Of a stretch of DNA of 64,000 bases, positions 36,782 through 47,233 are shown one piece after another (the stretch's first letter is position 1; the number at the start of each line of letters is the position of its first letter). The stretch covers positions 11,920-75,919 of the forward strand of contig JALHTG010000019.1 of the NCBI GenBank assembly GCA_022865705.1, read 5' to 3'. This DNA is from Candidatus Bathyarchaeota archaeon (GTDB lineage: Archaea > Thermoproteota > Bathyarchaeia > 40CM-2-53-6 > JALHTG01). A model generated the notes under the pieces. That model had not been told where the DNA came from, ran no database searches, and was given only the letters and a program-made list of their open reading frames with translations. The position numbers and the translations under genes were made by a program.

Positions 36782-37495
36782 ATGTTACTTGAAGTGAAGA
36801 ATATTACCAAGAGTTTTGGAGAATTGAAAGCACTGGATGATGTTTCTATCAACGTTGAGAAGGGAGAGATTAGAGGCCTTATAGGAATGAATGGTTCAGG
36901 TAAGACTACCTTATTCAACGTGATCAGTGGATTATACAAATGTGACAGTGGGCACGTATATCTAAATGGTGAACGAATAGATGATCTTAGGCCCAACGAT
37001 ATCGCGATGAGAGGTATTGGCAGAACATTTCAGATCCCTAAATTGTTTAGAAGAATGTCTGTATTGGAGAATATGTTTGTGCCTTGTTATGCCAAGGGAG
37101 AATATGTTGACAAGACAGAAATCATGATCAAAGCGAAGGGGCTTTTGGAGTTCGTTGGTCTCCATCATCTGGGGGGAGAGCATGCTGCCAACCTGTCCGG
37201 AGGACAACAGAAGTTACTTGAATTTGTGAGGGCACTTATGCTGGACCCCGCACTAGTTCTGATGGATGAGTCCTTTGCAGGTGTCCATGTATTGGTGAGA
37301 GAGAAAATACTGAAGTCTATAGAATCTATGAACGAAAGAGGAACCACATTTGTCGTCATTTCTCACGACTTTCGCTCGATATTCGGTCTTTGCGGAAGGG
37401 TCACTGTGCTGGCAAGCGGGAAGGTCATTAGTGAGGGTAGCCCGCAAGATGTACGAAATGACCACAAAGTTGTGGAAGCATATTTGGGTAAGTAA
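36782..37495 (+). CDS. livG: ABC ATP-binding protein (LivG-like)
   Basis: GMNGSGKTT, GIGRTFQ, LSGGQQKLLE and VVEAYLG. Confidence 0.92.
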   Translation: MLLEVKNITKSFGELKALDDVSINVEKGEIRGLIGMNGSGKTTLFNVISGLYKCDSGHVYLNGERIDDLRPNDIAMRGIGRTFQIPKLFRRMSVLENMFVPCYAKGEYVDKTEIMIKAKGLLEFVGLHHLGGEHAANLSGGQQKLLEFVRALMLDPALVLMDESFAGVHVLVREKILKSIESMNERGTTFVVISHDFRSIFGLCGRVTVLASGKVISEGSPQDVRNDHKVVEAYLGK

Positions 37496-37497
37496 TC

Positions 37498-38226
37498 ATG
37501 ATTCTAGAAATATCGAACGTAACCGTTGGATACTTCGAGGATATAGATATCTTGTCGAACTTGTCCTTGAGAGTTGACAATTGTTCGACTACGAGTATAA
37601 TAGGGCCTAATGGGGCCGGAAAATCGACGCTGTTGAAAACGATATTTGGCTTTCTGCACCCAAGAAAAGGGGAGATTGCCTACAACGGCGAATCCATAGT
37701 AGGTATGCCTCCTCATGCATTGATTAGAAGGGGAATTTCCTACCTACCGCAAGAGCATAGCACATTTCCACAACTCACGGTGGAAGAGAATCTCATGATG
37801 GGCCTGTGGGCATTCAGAGACGACAAAAAGAATGTAAAGGAGAGATTAGAGCAGGCATACAGTGAATTTCCTAGTTTGGGTGCTAAGCGGCATGTAAGGG
37901 CGACTTTTCTCAGCGGTGGTGAGTTGAAGATGTTGGAGTTCGCGAAAGTGCTTTTGGTCAAACCCAGATTACTCCTTATAGATGAACCCTCGGCCGGGCT
38001 TGCCCCAACGATAGCCAGCCAAGTGTACTCGAGAATAGGAGAACTCAAACAGAGTGGAACATCGGTACTCTTGGTCGATCAGAACATTCGACAGGCTGTC
38101 AATCTGGCAGATTTCGTCTATATGATTGAAATGGGCAAAAACAGACTTGAGGGACCGAGGGAGGATTTCAAGAAAAGATTAGAGGATATCATACATGAAT
38201 CATTGCTGGACGGGATAGCAGGCTAG
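37498..38226 (+). CDS. livF: ABC ATP-binding protein (LivF-like)
   Basis: GPNGAGKST, LTVEENL, LSGGE and DEPSAGLAP. Confidence 0.92.
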   Translation: MILEISNVTVGYFEDIDILSNLSLRVDNCSTTSIIGPNGAGKSTLLKTIFGFLHPRKGEIAYNGESIVGMPPHALIRRGISYLPQEHSTFPQLTVEENLMMGLWAFRDDKKNVKERLEQAYSEFPSLGAKRHVRATFLSGGELKMLEFAKVLLVKPRLLLIDEPSAGLAPTIASQVYSRIGELKQSGTSVLLVDQNIRQAVNLADFVYMIEMGKNRLEGPREDFKKRLEDIIHESLLDGIAG

Positions 38227-38309
38227 CCCAATGGAACTTCTGGAAAGGCCTGAGAAGTGTCAGTAGTGATGATGGGAGAAACCCTACGATTTACAGGTTC
38301 GGACGAATC

Positions 38310-38317
38310 GCGCGCGC
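38310..38317. repeat. GCGCGCGC junction octamer (copy 4)
   Basis: Right edge of the ABC module; falls at the 3' end of a broken ORF. Confidence 0.65.
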
Positions 38318-38760
38318 CAAGGCGTTAGGAGTCGTTGCCAAGGCCGTAGTTCGGTTTGGTATGATCCTCGATTTCTTGCGGTCTGTTTTCTGGGGGAAAT
38401 TGTTCTGGTCGTCCCATTCTCGGTATTTCAACCTCTTGACAATCAGTTGCAGGTCTTTCTTGGCTAGAAAGGCTTCCAGGTTCGTGTTGTAAACCTTGAC
38501 GTGTTTTAGTCGTCCTGTGTTTATTGCATCTTGAGTCTTCTCATCCCACTGGATGTACACGAACTTGTCTTTCCAGTTGACGATGGCCTTTTGCCACGTG
38601 TCTTCGAAGCGGTAGGCGACCCACCCTGCCTCTTCGACGGTTTCTTTTGTTGGTTTCCCTCTTCTCGAGCGGCCAAGCGCTCGCGTATTGCGTTATGATT
38701 TGTTGGCCAATTCTCAAGGGGCCCTTTTCGTCTGAGTCTGACCATTAGGATATGATCCAT
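38318..38760 (-). pseudogene. Probable frameshifted and truncated hypothetical gene
   Basis: ORF 38521..38760 and ORF 38291..38560 overlap in different frames. The second frame extends upstream as KPTKETVEEAGWVAYRFEDTWQKAIVNWKDKFVYIQW and runs into the octamer. Confidence 0.4.
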
Positions 38761-38845
38761 GTTCTTGAAATATCCGAACGTAGCTGTAGAGACAGCATGC
38801 TCAATTCGTCGAAGAATTATGACTCAGACTAATGTCCTTGATTCT

Positions 38846-40117
38846 CTAGACGATTTGTATACAATTCCAGCTGCAGAATAGTGCAAGCTGCCCACTGACG
38901 TCTTCAGGAAAGATGATGTAGTGTGCGTTGCAGATCTTGTCCATAAACTTCTCAAGGTCTTGAGTTAATCTAATGCTCAACAAAACTGTCTCATGGGTGC
39001 TACACGAGACAACTTCGCCGGTAGCCATATGTACTTTGTCGAGGTTCTTTCCAAAGAATCTTGCCACTGTGTCTTTCGTCCGAGGAATCATCGGTCTGCA
39101 GAATGCCAGAGGCACAGGCATATCAACCGTCGAGCCTCCAACATCTATCGTTGTCTCTTGACGGTTCTCTGATAATGACGCTGCTCCAGCACAGTTCACC
39201 ATGACGAGCGTGCCATCACTTTCCACAGTGTAGAAGTCTGCGAGAAAACCGTCCTTTCCCGTCAGGTACTTTGACAGCAAAAGCATTGACAGCGCCACCA
39301 CGTCCCCCTCACACCCTATCACATAGCTTTCGTCAACGAATCCAAGACATGAAGTGCTCTCGAACTCTCTTATCAATTCGCCGTAGCAATTGACCGCGAT
39401 TCCTGAGAGCCCATACTTTCGCGCTATTTCCTTAAGCGCCAGATGGAATCTGACAGCTTTTCGAAAGGTCTCTCTATCCGTGTTCACCCGAAATCTCTTT
39501 GAGATATCCGCAACCGCTTCGTCAAGCTCTCTTTCATCAACGGACTGCAGAAATGATCTTGTCTCGCCAATAGAAATATGCGTCACCTTAGGCCCCATTT
39601 TCTTAGTCAGGATGTCCTCATGATATTTGGATGCGACAAGAACTGGATATAGTCCCCCTATTTCACCGATTTTTGCTTCTCTCATTTGATTGAGCGCGAA
39701 AGCAGCCTTTGACACAAGAGATATCTTGTCCCCAATTGCTTTGTCATCCGCTCGTCCGTAGACGAATTTCACAGAACGCCCGAGATCTCTCAGGGCACCG
39801 ATGGCACTCGCAGAAGTGGATAATGAATGTCTTTCTGGCAATGCCCAGATCACAACCGGAATCTCAAACTGGGTGGCCACAGTGACTTGGATATCTGCGG
39901 TTAGGCCGTGGAGAGCAAAAAGAATGAGAAGATCGATGTTTTGATTTCGTATCCTTCTTGTCGCTTGCAGGGCCCGCTCAGAATCTGGAACAGGGTCAAG
40001 GCAGGTCAGCTCCATATCCAGCCTGCCTAGCATATCTTTTGCATTTTCGAGATCTCTTCTCGTGTCCGTTGAGGTAGCTGACCCGATAGGAATCAATGTG
40101 GCGGATGGCTTATGCAA
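38846..40117 (-). CDS. L-fucose/L-arabinose isomerase-like protein
   Basis: GIAVNCY, GCEGDV, FLADF, NCAGA and terminal AHYIIFPED match FucI-related archaeal proteins. Confidence 0.72.
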   Translation of the reverse strand: MHKPSATLIPIGSATSTDTRRDLENAKDMLGRLDMELTCLDPVPDSERALQATRRIRNQNIDLLILFALHGLTADIQVTVATQFEIPVVIWALPERHSLSTSASAIGALRDLGRSVKFVYGRADDKAIGDKISLVSKAAFALNQMREAKIGEIGGLYPVLVASKYHEDILTKKMGPKVTHISIGETRSFLQSVDERELDEAVADISKRFRVNTDRETFRKAVRFHLALKEIARKYGLSGIAVNCYGELIREFESTSCLGFVDESYVIGCEGDVVALSMLLLSKYLTGKDGFLADFYTVESDGTLVMVNCAGAASLSENRQETTIDVGGSTVDMPVPLAFCRPMIPRTKDTVARFFGKNLDKVHMATGEVVSCSTHETVLLSIRLTQDLEKFMDKICNAHYIIFPEDVSGQLALFCSWNCIQIV

Positions 40118-40376
40118 GTTGTCATCACTTGTTGGGCCGAAGTTCCGTTAAACTGAAATATCCCAACCAAAGCGCTCTAGGGCTTATGAATCTTCTGTCA
40201 GATCTGATTGCGGGGAGTTCATTGACCTAGATCTTCTCCCCGCGATTCCCTACATCCATTCATTTGTGTTCATTACTTGCTCAATTCTCCGGCCCAAGAT
40301 CGGAGGCAACCCACATAAGGGATGAGATCTGGAGCCTTTTTATCCATGCAAGTGATTTGGAAAGCGGCTTTGGCTC

Positions 40377-40643
40377 ATGCGAAGATCGACATTCCTGATT
40401 GGATCTCTAATGCTCGTCGTCAGTTTCACATTTCATGAATTTGGACTGATGTCAACTCTTCATCAGCAGAATCTGTTTGGTGAGTTGCTCGCTGAAGTTG
40501 CAGAGATGATCCGATGGGAGAGATCGCTTGGACTTCTTGCAGCTCTCTTTCAGCTCTTCGGAGGAATTCTGGCTATATTTGGGCTGATCGTGTGCTTCGC
40601 TGGAGTTGCAGGGCCGGCCGTACGACTTTTCAAGGGGTCCTAA
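40377..40643 (+). CDS. Small two-TM membrane protein
   Basis: Two hydrophobic helices; TTTTTAT box upstream. Confidence 0.6.
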   Translation: MRRSTFLIGSLMLVVSFTFHEFGLMSTLHQQNLFGELLAEVAEMIRWERSLGLLAALFQLFGGILAIFGLIVCFAGVAGPAVRLFKGS

Positions 40644-40688
40644 ACCAAGAAAGTTAATCCTTATGAATCATCATTTGTGTGGATCCAA

Positions 40689-41030
40689 ATGAGTCGTGTA
40701 ATCGATCATCCGATCCTCGGAAGAATGCCGGAAAAAAGGAAAGTCACGATTTGTGTTGATGGACGTCAGGTGCAAGCATTTGAAGGGGAACCAATCGCTG
40801 CAGCACTAATCGCAGCTGGAATCCACATTTGCAGGTTCACCACCAAAAGGAATGAACCCAGGGGACTTTATTGTGCGATCGGTCAGTGTACAGATTGCGT
40901 AATGACCGTTGATGGAGCCCCCAACATCAGAACATGCATTACTCCTGTTAGAAACAACTTGAAAGTAGAAACGCAAATTGGCGTTGGTCAGTGGAGAGAC
41001 GCCACATGCAAGAAACAGACATCGCAATAG
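40689..41030 (+). CDS. (2Fe-2S)-binding subunit of a proline/opine/D-amino-acid dehydrogenase complex
   Basis: GEPIAAALIAAG...PRGLYCAIGQCTDCVMTVDG.PNIRTC. Confidence 0.9.
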   Translation: MSRVIDHPILGRMPEKRKVTICVDGRQVQAFEGEPIAAALIAAGIHICRFTTKRNEPRGLYCAIGQCTDCVMTVDGAPNIRTCITPVRNNLKVETQIGVGQWRDATCKKQTSQ

Positions 41031-42109
41031 TGGGAACTGGGCCAGCTGGGCTCGCAGCAGCGGTTGAGGCAGCAAGGGCCGGAGCCCGCACGACACTGAT
41101 AGACGAGAATCAGAAGCCAGGTGGACAGCTCTTCAAACAGATACACAAGTTCTTCGGGGCTAAGGAACACTATGCTGGAGTTCGAGGATATGAGATAGGA
41201 GAAAGACTACTGAAAGAAACTGAAGAGAGGGGAGTGGATGTCCGCCTGAATACGGTCGTTTTCGGTTTTTACGGACAGGAAGTCGGACTCATATCCAATC
41301 AGAGAGTCTCATCGCTCAAAGCGAAGAGAATCATACTGTCTACGGGTGCCTGCGAGAACCCGTTAGCTTTTCCGGGGTGGACCTTACCCGGCGTGATGGG
41401 AGCTGGTGCAGTCCAGACAATGATGAACGTGCACAGAGTCCTGCCAGGAAAGACCGTTCTCATGATAGGGTCTGGGAACGTTGGTTTGATAGTTTCCTAT
41501 CAGTTGCTACAAGCCGGAGCAGAAGTGTCCGCCATAGTTGAGGCTCTCCCGACCATAGGAGGATACGGGGTTCACGCAGCCAAGATCAGGCGAGCCGGTG
41601 TACCCATCATGACCTCGCACACGGCAGCAAAAGCGACAGGAAAGACGCGGGTTGAAGAAGTTACGATTTCCAAGATAGACGAGAAATGGCGTCCGATTAA
41701 AGGATCAGAACAGAATTTCGATGTCGACCTCGTGTGCATCGCCGTCGGTCTTACCCCTCTGTCAGAATTGGCTTGGATGGCAGGGTGCAGGTTCATGTAC
41801 CTCCCTCAGCTGGGAGGTCTCATCCCCATACACAACGATCGAATGGAGACAACGGTCAACGGACTCTATGTGGCGGGGGATGTGGCGGGCGTTGAAGAAG
41901 CCAGCACCGCAATGGAAGAAGGGAGACTCGCCGGCATCTCTGCATGCCAGTCGCTGAGGCTGATCACCGAAAAGACGGCGGAGGAACAGAGAGGAGACAT
42001 AGGGAGCAGGCTTGATCAATTGCGCCAAGGACCTTTCGGTGAAAGAAGATATCAAGCAAAGAGAATTCTCGTCGGAGAAGCGAAGAGAATGACTGTCGGG
42101 GGAAGCTAG
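41006..42109 (+). CDS. FAD/NAD(P)-dependent oxidoreductase, alpha-type subunit (PdhA/HcnB/SoxA-like)
   Basis: IAIVGTGPAGLAAA, PGGQLFKQ, FPGWTLPGVMGAG and AGDVAGVEEASTAMEEG. Confidence 0.9.
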   Translation: MQETDIAIVGTGPAGLAAAVEAARAGARTTLIDENQKPGGQLFKQIHKFFGAKEHYAGVRGYEIGERLLKETEERGVDVRLNTVVFGFYGQEVGLISNQRVSSLKAKRIILSTGACENPLAFPGWTLPGVMGAGAVQTMMNVHRVLPGKTVLMIGSGNVGLIVSYQLLQAGAEVSAIVEALPTIGGYGVHAAKIRRAGVPIMTSHTAAKATGKTRVEEVTISKIDEKWRPIKGSEQNFDVDLVCIAVGLTPLSELAWMAGCRFMYLPQLGGLIPIHNDRMETTVNGLYVAGDVAGVEEASTAMEEGRLAGISACQSLRLITEKTAEEQRGDIGSRLDQLRQGPFGERRYQAKRILVGEAKRMTVGGS

Positions 42110-42112
42110 AAA

Positions 42113-42616
42113 GTGGGAAACCACCTGGCCCATTCAGGAGTTCTATCAGAGGAAGAGTTGGAAAGGTACGGAGTCTATCCGAGCAAAGAGAGATTGAACG
42201 AGGGTCCCGTTGCCATCATAGAATGCATCCAAGCCATTCCATGCGACCCTTGTGTTCATTCCTGCCCGCAGAAGGCAATAGCCATGGAAGGTCTATCTTC
42301 CGTTCCGAAACTTGATGTTGGGAAGTGCATCGGGTGTACACTTTGCATTCCCGATTGCCCGGGTCAAGCCATATTCGTCGTGGATATGACTTACTCGAAA
42401 GACGAGGCCTCGGTCTCCTTTCCATATGAGTTCCTTCCAATTCCGAAGGTCGGAGATCGAATTGAAGCGGTAGATCGCGAAGGCAAGCCTAGGGCCAAGG
42501 GTAGAGTGATAAGAGTCAGGTCGGATACCAAGACCGATCGAACAGTCGTACTGACCATCGCAGTTCCCAAGGACATTGCATTAGAGGTCAGGAGCATGCG
42601 TAGGAGTAGACGGTAA
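42113..42616 (+). CDS. 4Fe-4S ferredoxin subunit of the dehydrogenase complex
   Basis: ECIQAIPCDPCVHSCP and KCIGCTLCIPDCPGQAIF, then FPYEFLP. Confidence 0.9.
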   Translation: MGNHLAHSGVLSEEELERYGVYPSKERLNEGPVAIIECIQAIPCDPCVHSCPQKAIAMEGLSSVPKLDVGKCIGCTLCIPDCPGQAIFVVDMTYSKDEASVSFPYEFLPIPKVGDRIEAVDREGKPRAKGRVIRVRSDTKTDRTVVLTIAVPKDIALEVRSMRRSRR

Positions 42617-42619
42617 GCA

Positions 42620-42901
42620 ATGAGTGATGACGATATTGTGATATGCCGCTGCGAAGAAATCACTAAGAAGGAAATAGTAGCAGCCATAGAGGCGGGAGCT
42701 GACACAATAGCAGCGATACGCAGGATGACTAGGGCTGGAATGGGCCTTTGCCAAGGAAGAACTTGTCGGACACTCATCATGCGGATAATAGCAGAGACAA
42801 AACAGAAGAAGGTTGATGCCATTCTTCCCGCGACTTTTCGAGGTCCGGTCAGGCCGATGAAAATCGAATCATTGTGCTCCGCAGAGGGAAAGAATTGCTA
42901 G
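42620..42901 (+). CDS. BFD-like (2Fe-2S) subunit
   Basis: ICRCEEIT...TRAGMGLCQGRTC...RGPVRP. Confidence 0.9.
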   Translation: MSDDDIVICRCEEITKKEIVAAIEAGADTIAAIRRMTRAGMGLCQGRTCRTLIMRIIAETKQKKVDAILPATFRGPVRPMKIESLCSAEGKNC

Positions 42902-44070
42902 AGACAGAAATCGCAGTGATAGGTGGAGGCGTCATCGGTACTTCGATAGCCTACTACTTGGCGAAGGAGGGAAAGAAGGTGGCTCTCCTTGAGAGAGATC
43001 ACCTCGCATCGGAAACATCCGGAGCATGTGATGGCAACATATTCCTTCAAACCAAACGCCCAGGCATCGGATTGGATCTGGCCATGAAGAGCGCAAGAAT
43101 GTTCGAAGGATTGGAGGAAGAGCTTGGTTATCGCATCGAGTACAAGAAAAACGGAGGCATGGTCATCATTGAAGAGGAAGGGCAATTCGAGGTAATGGAG
43201 AAGTTCGTGCAGGCTCAGAGACAGTCTGGACTTGACGTAGAGATACTAGGAAACGAAGCAGCAAGAAAGGTTGAGCCAGCGTTGGCTGAACACATAGCCG
43301 GTGCAACTTGGAGTCGTTCTGATGGCAATGTGAATCCGATGTTCCTCACCTTCGCGTTCGGACTGGCCGCAAAGAGGCTGGGTGCGAAAATCTGCACTGG
43401 GGCTGAGGTCATATCCATCAAGACTGAGAGCGGCCGAATAAGATCAATCGTGACAAAGCAATCGGAAGTCAAGACGAAGGTGGTGATAAATGCTGCCGGG
43501 TCATACGCTCCCCTGATCGGGGCGATGGTTGGGGTCAACATTCCGATCAAGCCTAGAAGAGGACAACTCGTCGTAACAGAACCTTGTCCCAAGTTCATAA
43601 CCAGTGCTCTCAGCGACGCAAAATACGTTCTCGTTAAGTTGGCTCCTCATCTTGTGAAGAGCGGCGATGATGATGCAAGTAGATTGGGGGTCGGGCTCGC
43701 GCTGGAACAGACTGCAACTGGAAATGTGATTATCGGTGGTACTAGGGAATTCGTCGGGTATGATAAGAGGACCACAATCGAAGGTGTCACTGCCATGGTT
43801 AGACATACATCGAGAATGATGCCAAGGCTGAGACAACTCTGTGTCATAAGAGCCTTCTCTGGACTCAGACCGTATACTCCAGACGGACTTCCGATAATCG
43901 ATTCGTTAGACAACCCAGAGGGTTTTGTTATTGCTGCTGGTCACGAGGGCGACGGAATCGCGTTGGCGCCGATGACTGGCAAGATCGTTGCGAAACTCGT
44001 AACGGAAGGTAAGTTGAGTTCTGAAATGAAAGCATTCGCTCTGAGCAGATTCGAAAAGGACACTGCGTAA
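42895..44070 (+). CDS. FAD-dependent D-amino-acid/proline dehydrogenase catalytic subunit (DadA/HcnC/PdhB-like)
   Basis: VIGGGVIGTSIAYYL, PRRGQ, SGLRPYTPDGLP and GHEGDGIALAP. TTG start overlaps the upstream stop. Confidence 0.9.
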   Translation: MLETEIAVIGGGVIGTSIAYYLAKEGKKVALLERDHLASETSGACDGNIFLQTKRPGIGLDLAMKSARMFEGLEEELGYRIEYKKNGGMVIIEEEGQFEVMEKFVQAQRQSGLDVEILGNEAARKVEPALAEHIAGATWSRSDGNVNPMFLTFAFGLAAKRLGAKICTGAEVISIKTESGRIRSIVTKQSEVKTKVVINAAGSYAPLIGAMVGVNIPIKPRRGQLVVTEPCPKFITSALSDAKYVLVKLAPHLVKSGDDDASRLGVGLALEQTATGNVIIGGTREFVGYDKRTTIEGVTAMVRHTSRMMPRLRQLCVIRAFSGLRPYTPDGLPIIDSLDNPEGFVIAAGHEGDGIALAPMTGKIVAKLVTEGKLSSEMKAFALSRFEKDTA

Positions 44071-44106
44071 TTCGTTTTCACGGAATTCTCTGTATAATGA
44101 GAGTCA

Positions 44107-45006
44107 ATGCGTATAATTGGGGAGCTTGTAGCTCTATCCACCGCGCTGATATGGACGATCTCAAACGTCTTTTATCGCAAGGCTTGGTTCGCAGCCACCC
44201 CGTTTCAGGTCAACCTAGTCCGATTTGCGACATCGGCCATCGCGGCTATTGGATGCTCATTGGTTCTTGACAGATTCCATGCTCTATGCTCCCTATCTCG
44301 GCTTACTATCTTGGCAGCTCTGTTGAGTGGATTTGCCCTCTTCTCGGGTGATTTCTTTTGCATGTTCAGTCTGAAGTGTCTGGGTATGGTGAAGACCCTC
44401 TCAATTACGTTCGTCTACCCTTTGTTCAACGTTGTCATCGCCGTTCTCCTCAAGGGAGAAGAAGCCACGCTATTTGTGGTCATTGGAGCAATAAGTGTGG
44501 TCGCCGGCATTTGGTTGGCAAGTTGGAATGAAAGGGATGATTCAACTGAACCAAGTCGGACAACCTTTAGCAATGGTGTTATTGCGGCACTTGTTGCCGC
44601 TTTGATCGCGTCTGTGAACATCACTTTACTTAACAGTGCCGTTACTCTCGCGAAAACAGCGGGCATAGAGGGGTTGTTTTGCATCGTCACGGTCAGGCTT
44701 GTTGCTGCTATCGTCGTGTCTATGGCACTATCACCCGTCTTCGACAAGAACCTTGGGTGGCTGAGAGTTCCTAGAAATACGTGGATTGTCGCAACCATTG
44801 GTGGTATGATCAGACTGGTTTTGGGCCCCTTCCTACTGGGGTTCAGTTTTCTATATACGCAGGAGGCGCGGGCAGTTCCGATCTCGTCCGTAGCGCCATT
44901 GTTCTCCGTCATTGCAGGGGTACTCTTCCTTCATGAACCTGTTACACGTAGGACTATCTTGGGCTCCAGCATTGTTGCCTCCGGGACCTTTCTGCTGTTC
45001 ATCTGA
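44107..45006 (+). CDS. DMT/EamA family transporter
   Basis: Ten TM helices in two repeats (PLFNVVIAVLLKGE; PLFSVIAGVLFLHE). Confidence 0.9.
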   Translation: MRIIGELVALSTALIWTISNVFYRKAWFAATPFQVNLVRFATSAIAAIGCSLVLDRFHALCSLSRLTILAALLSGFALFSGDFFCMFSLKCLGMVKTLSITFVYPLFNVVIAVLLKGEEATLFVVIGAISVVAGIWLASWNERDDSTEPSRTTFSNGVIAALVAALIASVNITLLNSAVTLAKTAGIEGLFCIVTVRLVAAIVVSMALSPVFDKNLGWLRVPRNTWIVATIGGMIRLVLGPFLLGFSFLYTQEARAVPISSVAPLFSVIAGVLFLHEPVTRRTILGSSIVASGTFLLFI

Positions 45007-45276
45007 GTGAGTACTGTCGTAACCCGTACGCCCACTGGTGAGTTTCCTCAATACTCTTTATCTTCTCTCTTCCACTCTCCGATAAGTGAATGGTCCACGG
45101 GACGTAACATATTGGGCCGAGAAGATAGCGCACATTCCAAAGCAAAGATTGCAGTTTGCTATGATCGCCTTAAATCGTAAGATATCATGCGTGACTCTTG
45201 GAAGCAAGAATCGTGAAAGTGATGCGCAACACATATATGCAAAAAAGGGAAACCTCCAATTCGAAGGGTATGTCCG

Positions 45277-46179
45277 TTGGTGGCAAAACCAGAGGGTTTG
45301 ATAATTCCGATAGTAACGCCATTCACGACCGACTATAAGCTTGACGAGAAAGGGCTAAGAGAAGAGATTCGTTTCTTGTTGGACTATCACATTAATGGAT
45401 TACTTGTTAACGGAAGCACTGGAGAGTTTACTTCTCTTTCAATTGAAGAGCGGCGCAGAATTATCGAGATCGTTTCGGAAGAATGCAAGCGCAAAGTGTT
45501 CATCATTGCAGGTGTTGAGACTCCTGCAACGCAAGATGCCATCGACGAGGCAAAACGTGTGAAGCAGGCAGGAGCCGACTTTGCGCTGGTTGCGACCCCG
45601 TTCTATTTGAAGCCCACTATCGATGGAGTCTACGAGCATTATAAGAGAGTGGCTGAAACCGGCGTACCTACATTGCTCTACAACAACCCGTTCCGAACGT
45701 ATGTCAACCTAAGCGCTTCGCTGGTGAGCAAGTTGGCCGAGCTGAAGAACGTTGTGGGAATCAAGCAGTCAAACGTAGACCTCAGTCAGACCACGGAATA
45801 CATCGAAGTGATAGGAGACAAAATATCTGTCATTCATTCGTATGGAGACGCGGTAAGTGTCTTCCCGGGGCTTCTCCTTGGAGGAGCAGGCGTTATGAAC
45901 ATTACATTCCTCGTCGCTCCAGACAGAGTTATGCAACTGTACGAAGCTACTAGGAGCAGAGATGTGGAGACGGCGAAGAAGATCTGGGTAGAAATACTCT
46001 CTCTGCTGAGAAACATCGGAGGCGGCGTCCATGGTGAACCCAACCCCGCTCCATTGAAAGAAGCCCTCAGGATAGTTGGAAAACCAGCTGGTCCCGCAAG
46101 ACTTCCAGTTCTACCGGTCACAAATGATACAAGTGAACTGCTGAGGAAGATACTGAAGAATCTGAAACTTGCACGCTAA
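45277..46179 (+). CDS. DHDPS/NAL-family class I aldolase or lyase
   Basis: PIVTPF, NGSTGE, TPFY, LLYNNP and Schiff-base Lys in GIKQS. No lysine-biosynthesis neighbours, so substrate uncertain. Confidence 0.85.
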   Translation: MVAKPEGLIIPIVTPFTTDYKLDEKGLREEIRFLLDYHINGLLVNGSTGEFTSLSIEERRRIIEIVSEECKRKVFIIAGVETPATQDAIDEAKRVKQAGADFALVATPFYLKPTIDGVYEHYKRVAETGVPTLLYNNPFRTYVNLSASLVSKLAELKNVVGIKQSNVDLSQTTEYIEVIGDKISVIHSYGDAVSVFPGLLLGGAGVMNITFLVAPDRVMQLYEATRSRDVETAKKIWVEILSLLRNIGGGVHGEPNPAPLKEALRIVGKPAGPARLPVLPVTNDTSELLRKILKNLKLAR

Positions 46180-46210
46180 TTCGCTCGTTCTTCGTGGTAA
46201 GGTGGTTTCT

Positions 46211-46942
46211 TTGCCCATAGAAGGTGGGCGACATCATTACGGAGAGGCAATAGGGATCCTCACACTGGATACGATCTTCCCAAGAATTCCTGGGGATATA
46301 GGCAATGCGAGTACCTTCAGCTTTCCTGTGAGGTTACGCGTGGTAGGAGGAGCCACTCAAGATAGGGTCGTCAAGGAAGGGGGACGAGGTCTTCTAGAAC
46401 CATTCATTGAGGCTGCCAAAGAGCTGGAAAAAGATGGTGTCAGGGCGGTTACAACGAGCTGTGGTTTCCTTGCTCCCTTCCAAGACGATGTCGCAAAAGC
46501 GCTTGCGATTCCGGTGTTCACCTCAAGCCTGATGCAGGTGCCTCTCGTCTACAAGATGCTCGGCAAGGGCACCAGAGTGGGCATACTGACTGCTGACTCC
46601 AGTCACTTGGGCAAGATGCACTTAAGAGGAGCAGGAATTGACCCATCCATCCCTGTGGCAATTGCCGGATTGCAGGATCACGAAGAGTGGGCCAAACCAT
46701 TCCTGAGAAACCAGCCCACAATTGATCCTGAGAAGATAGAGGTGCTTATTGTGAACGCTGCGAAAGAACTGATATCAAAGTATCCCGACACTGGAGCTTT
46801 CGTACTCGAATGTGCGAATATGCATCCGTACTCGGCAGCAATCCAGAGGGAAACAGGACGACCAGTTTTTGACATCATCACGTTTGTAAACTACGTCTAT
46901 CACGCGGTTGTCTGCAAGCCCTTCACAGGAGGGTTCATGTAG
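46211..46942 (+). CDS. Asp/Glu/hydantoin racemase-family protein
   Basis: GILTLDTIFPRIPGDIGNASTF; two catalytic-type cysteines in TTSCGF and LECANM. Confidence 0.85.
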   Translation: MPIEGGRHHYGEAIGILTLDTIFPRIPGDIGNASTFSFPVRLRVVGGATQDRVVKEGGRGLLEPFIEAAKELEKDGVRAVTTSCGFLAPFQDDVAKALAIPVFTSSLMQVPLVYKMLGKGTRVGILTADSSHLGKMHLRGAGIDPSIPVAIAGLQDHEEWAKPFLRNQPTIDPEKIEVLIVNAAKELISKYPDTGAFVLECANMHPYSAAIQRETGRPVFDIITFVNYVYHAVVCKPFTGGFM

Positions 46943-47133
46943 ACAAAAATCCGAGACAGATAGTCCTGTCGCTTCCCGAATCAGTTGAATTCTCTGGAAA
47001 TGCCTTTGAAAGATATGTTACTAGAGTATCCGTTCGACTCAGGCAGAATTCTCCGAGAAATACCAATACACTTCGCATAACGGAGTCCAGACGATGTTCC
47101 GTCTTCTTCATCCCATCAATGCTGCAAGAAACG

Positions 47134-47162
47134 TTGGGACTCAGCATTTTGCTGACTCCCAA
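47134..47162. terminator. Inverted repeat between convergent genes
   Basis: TTGGGA-C-TCAGCA-TTT-TGCTGA-C-TCCCAA: a 12-bp stem with one mismatch. Confidence 0.35.
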
Positions 47163-47233
47163 GGCATTCTCGAATTGTTGATTATTCTCCATTGAATTTC
47201 TAAATCGTTCTTCACGACTTTCGTTTTTTCGAG

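Noticed and set aside
45277-46179. Calling the DHDPS-like gene dapA of lysine biosynthesis
   Set aside because: No dapB, asd or lysC nearby and the context is catabolic, so it is left as a family-level call.
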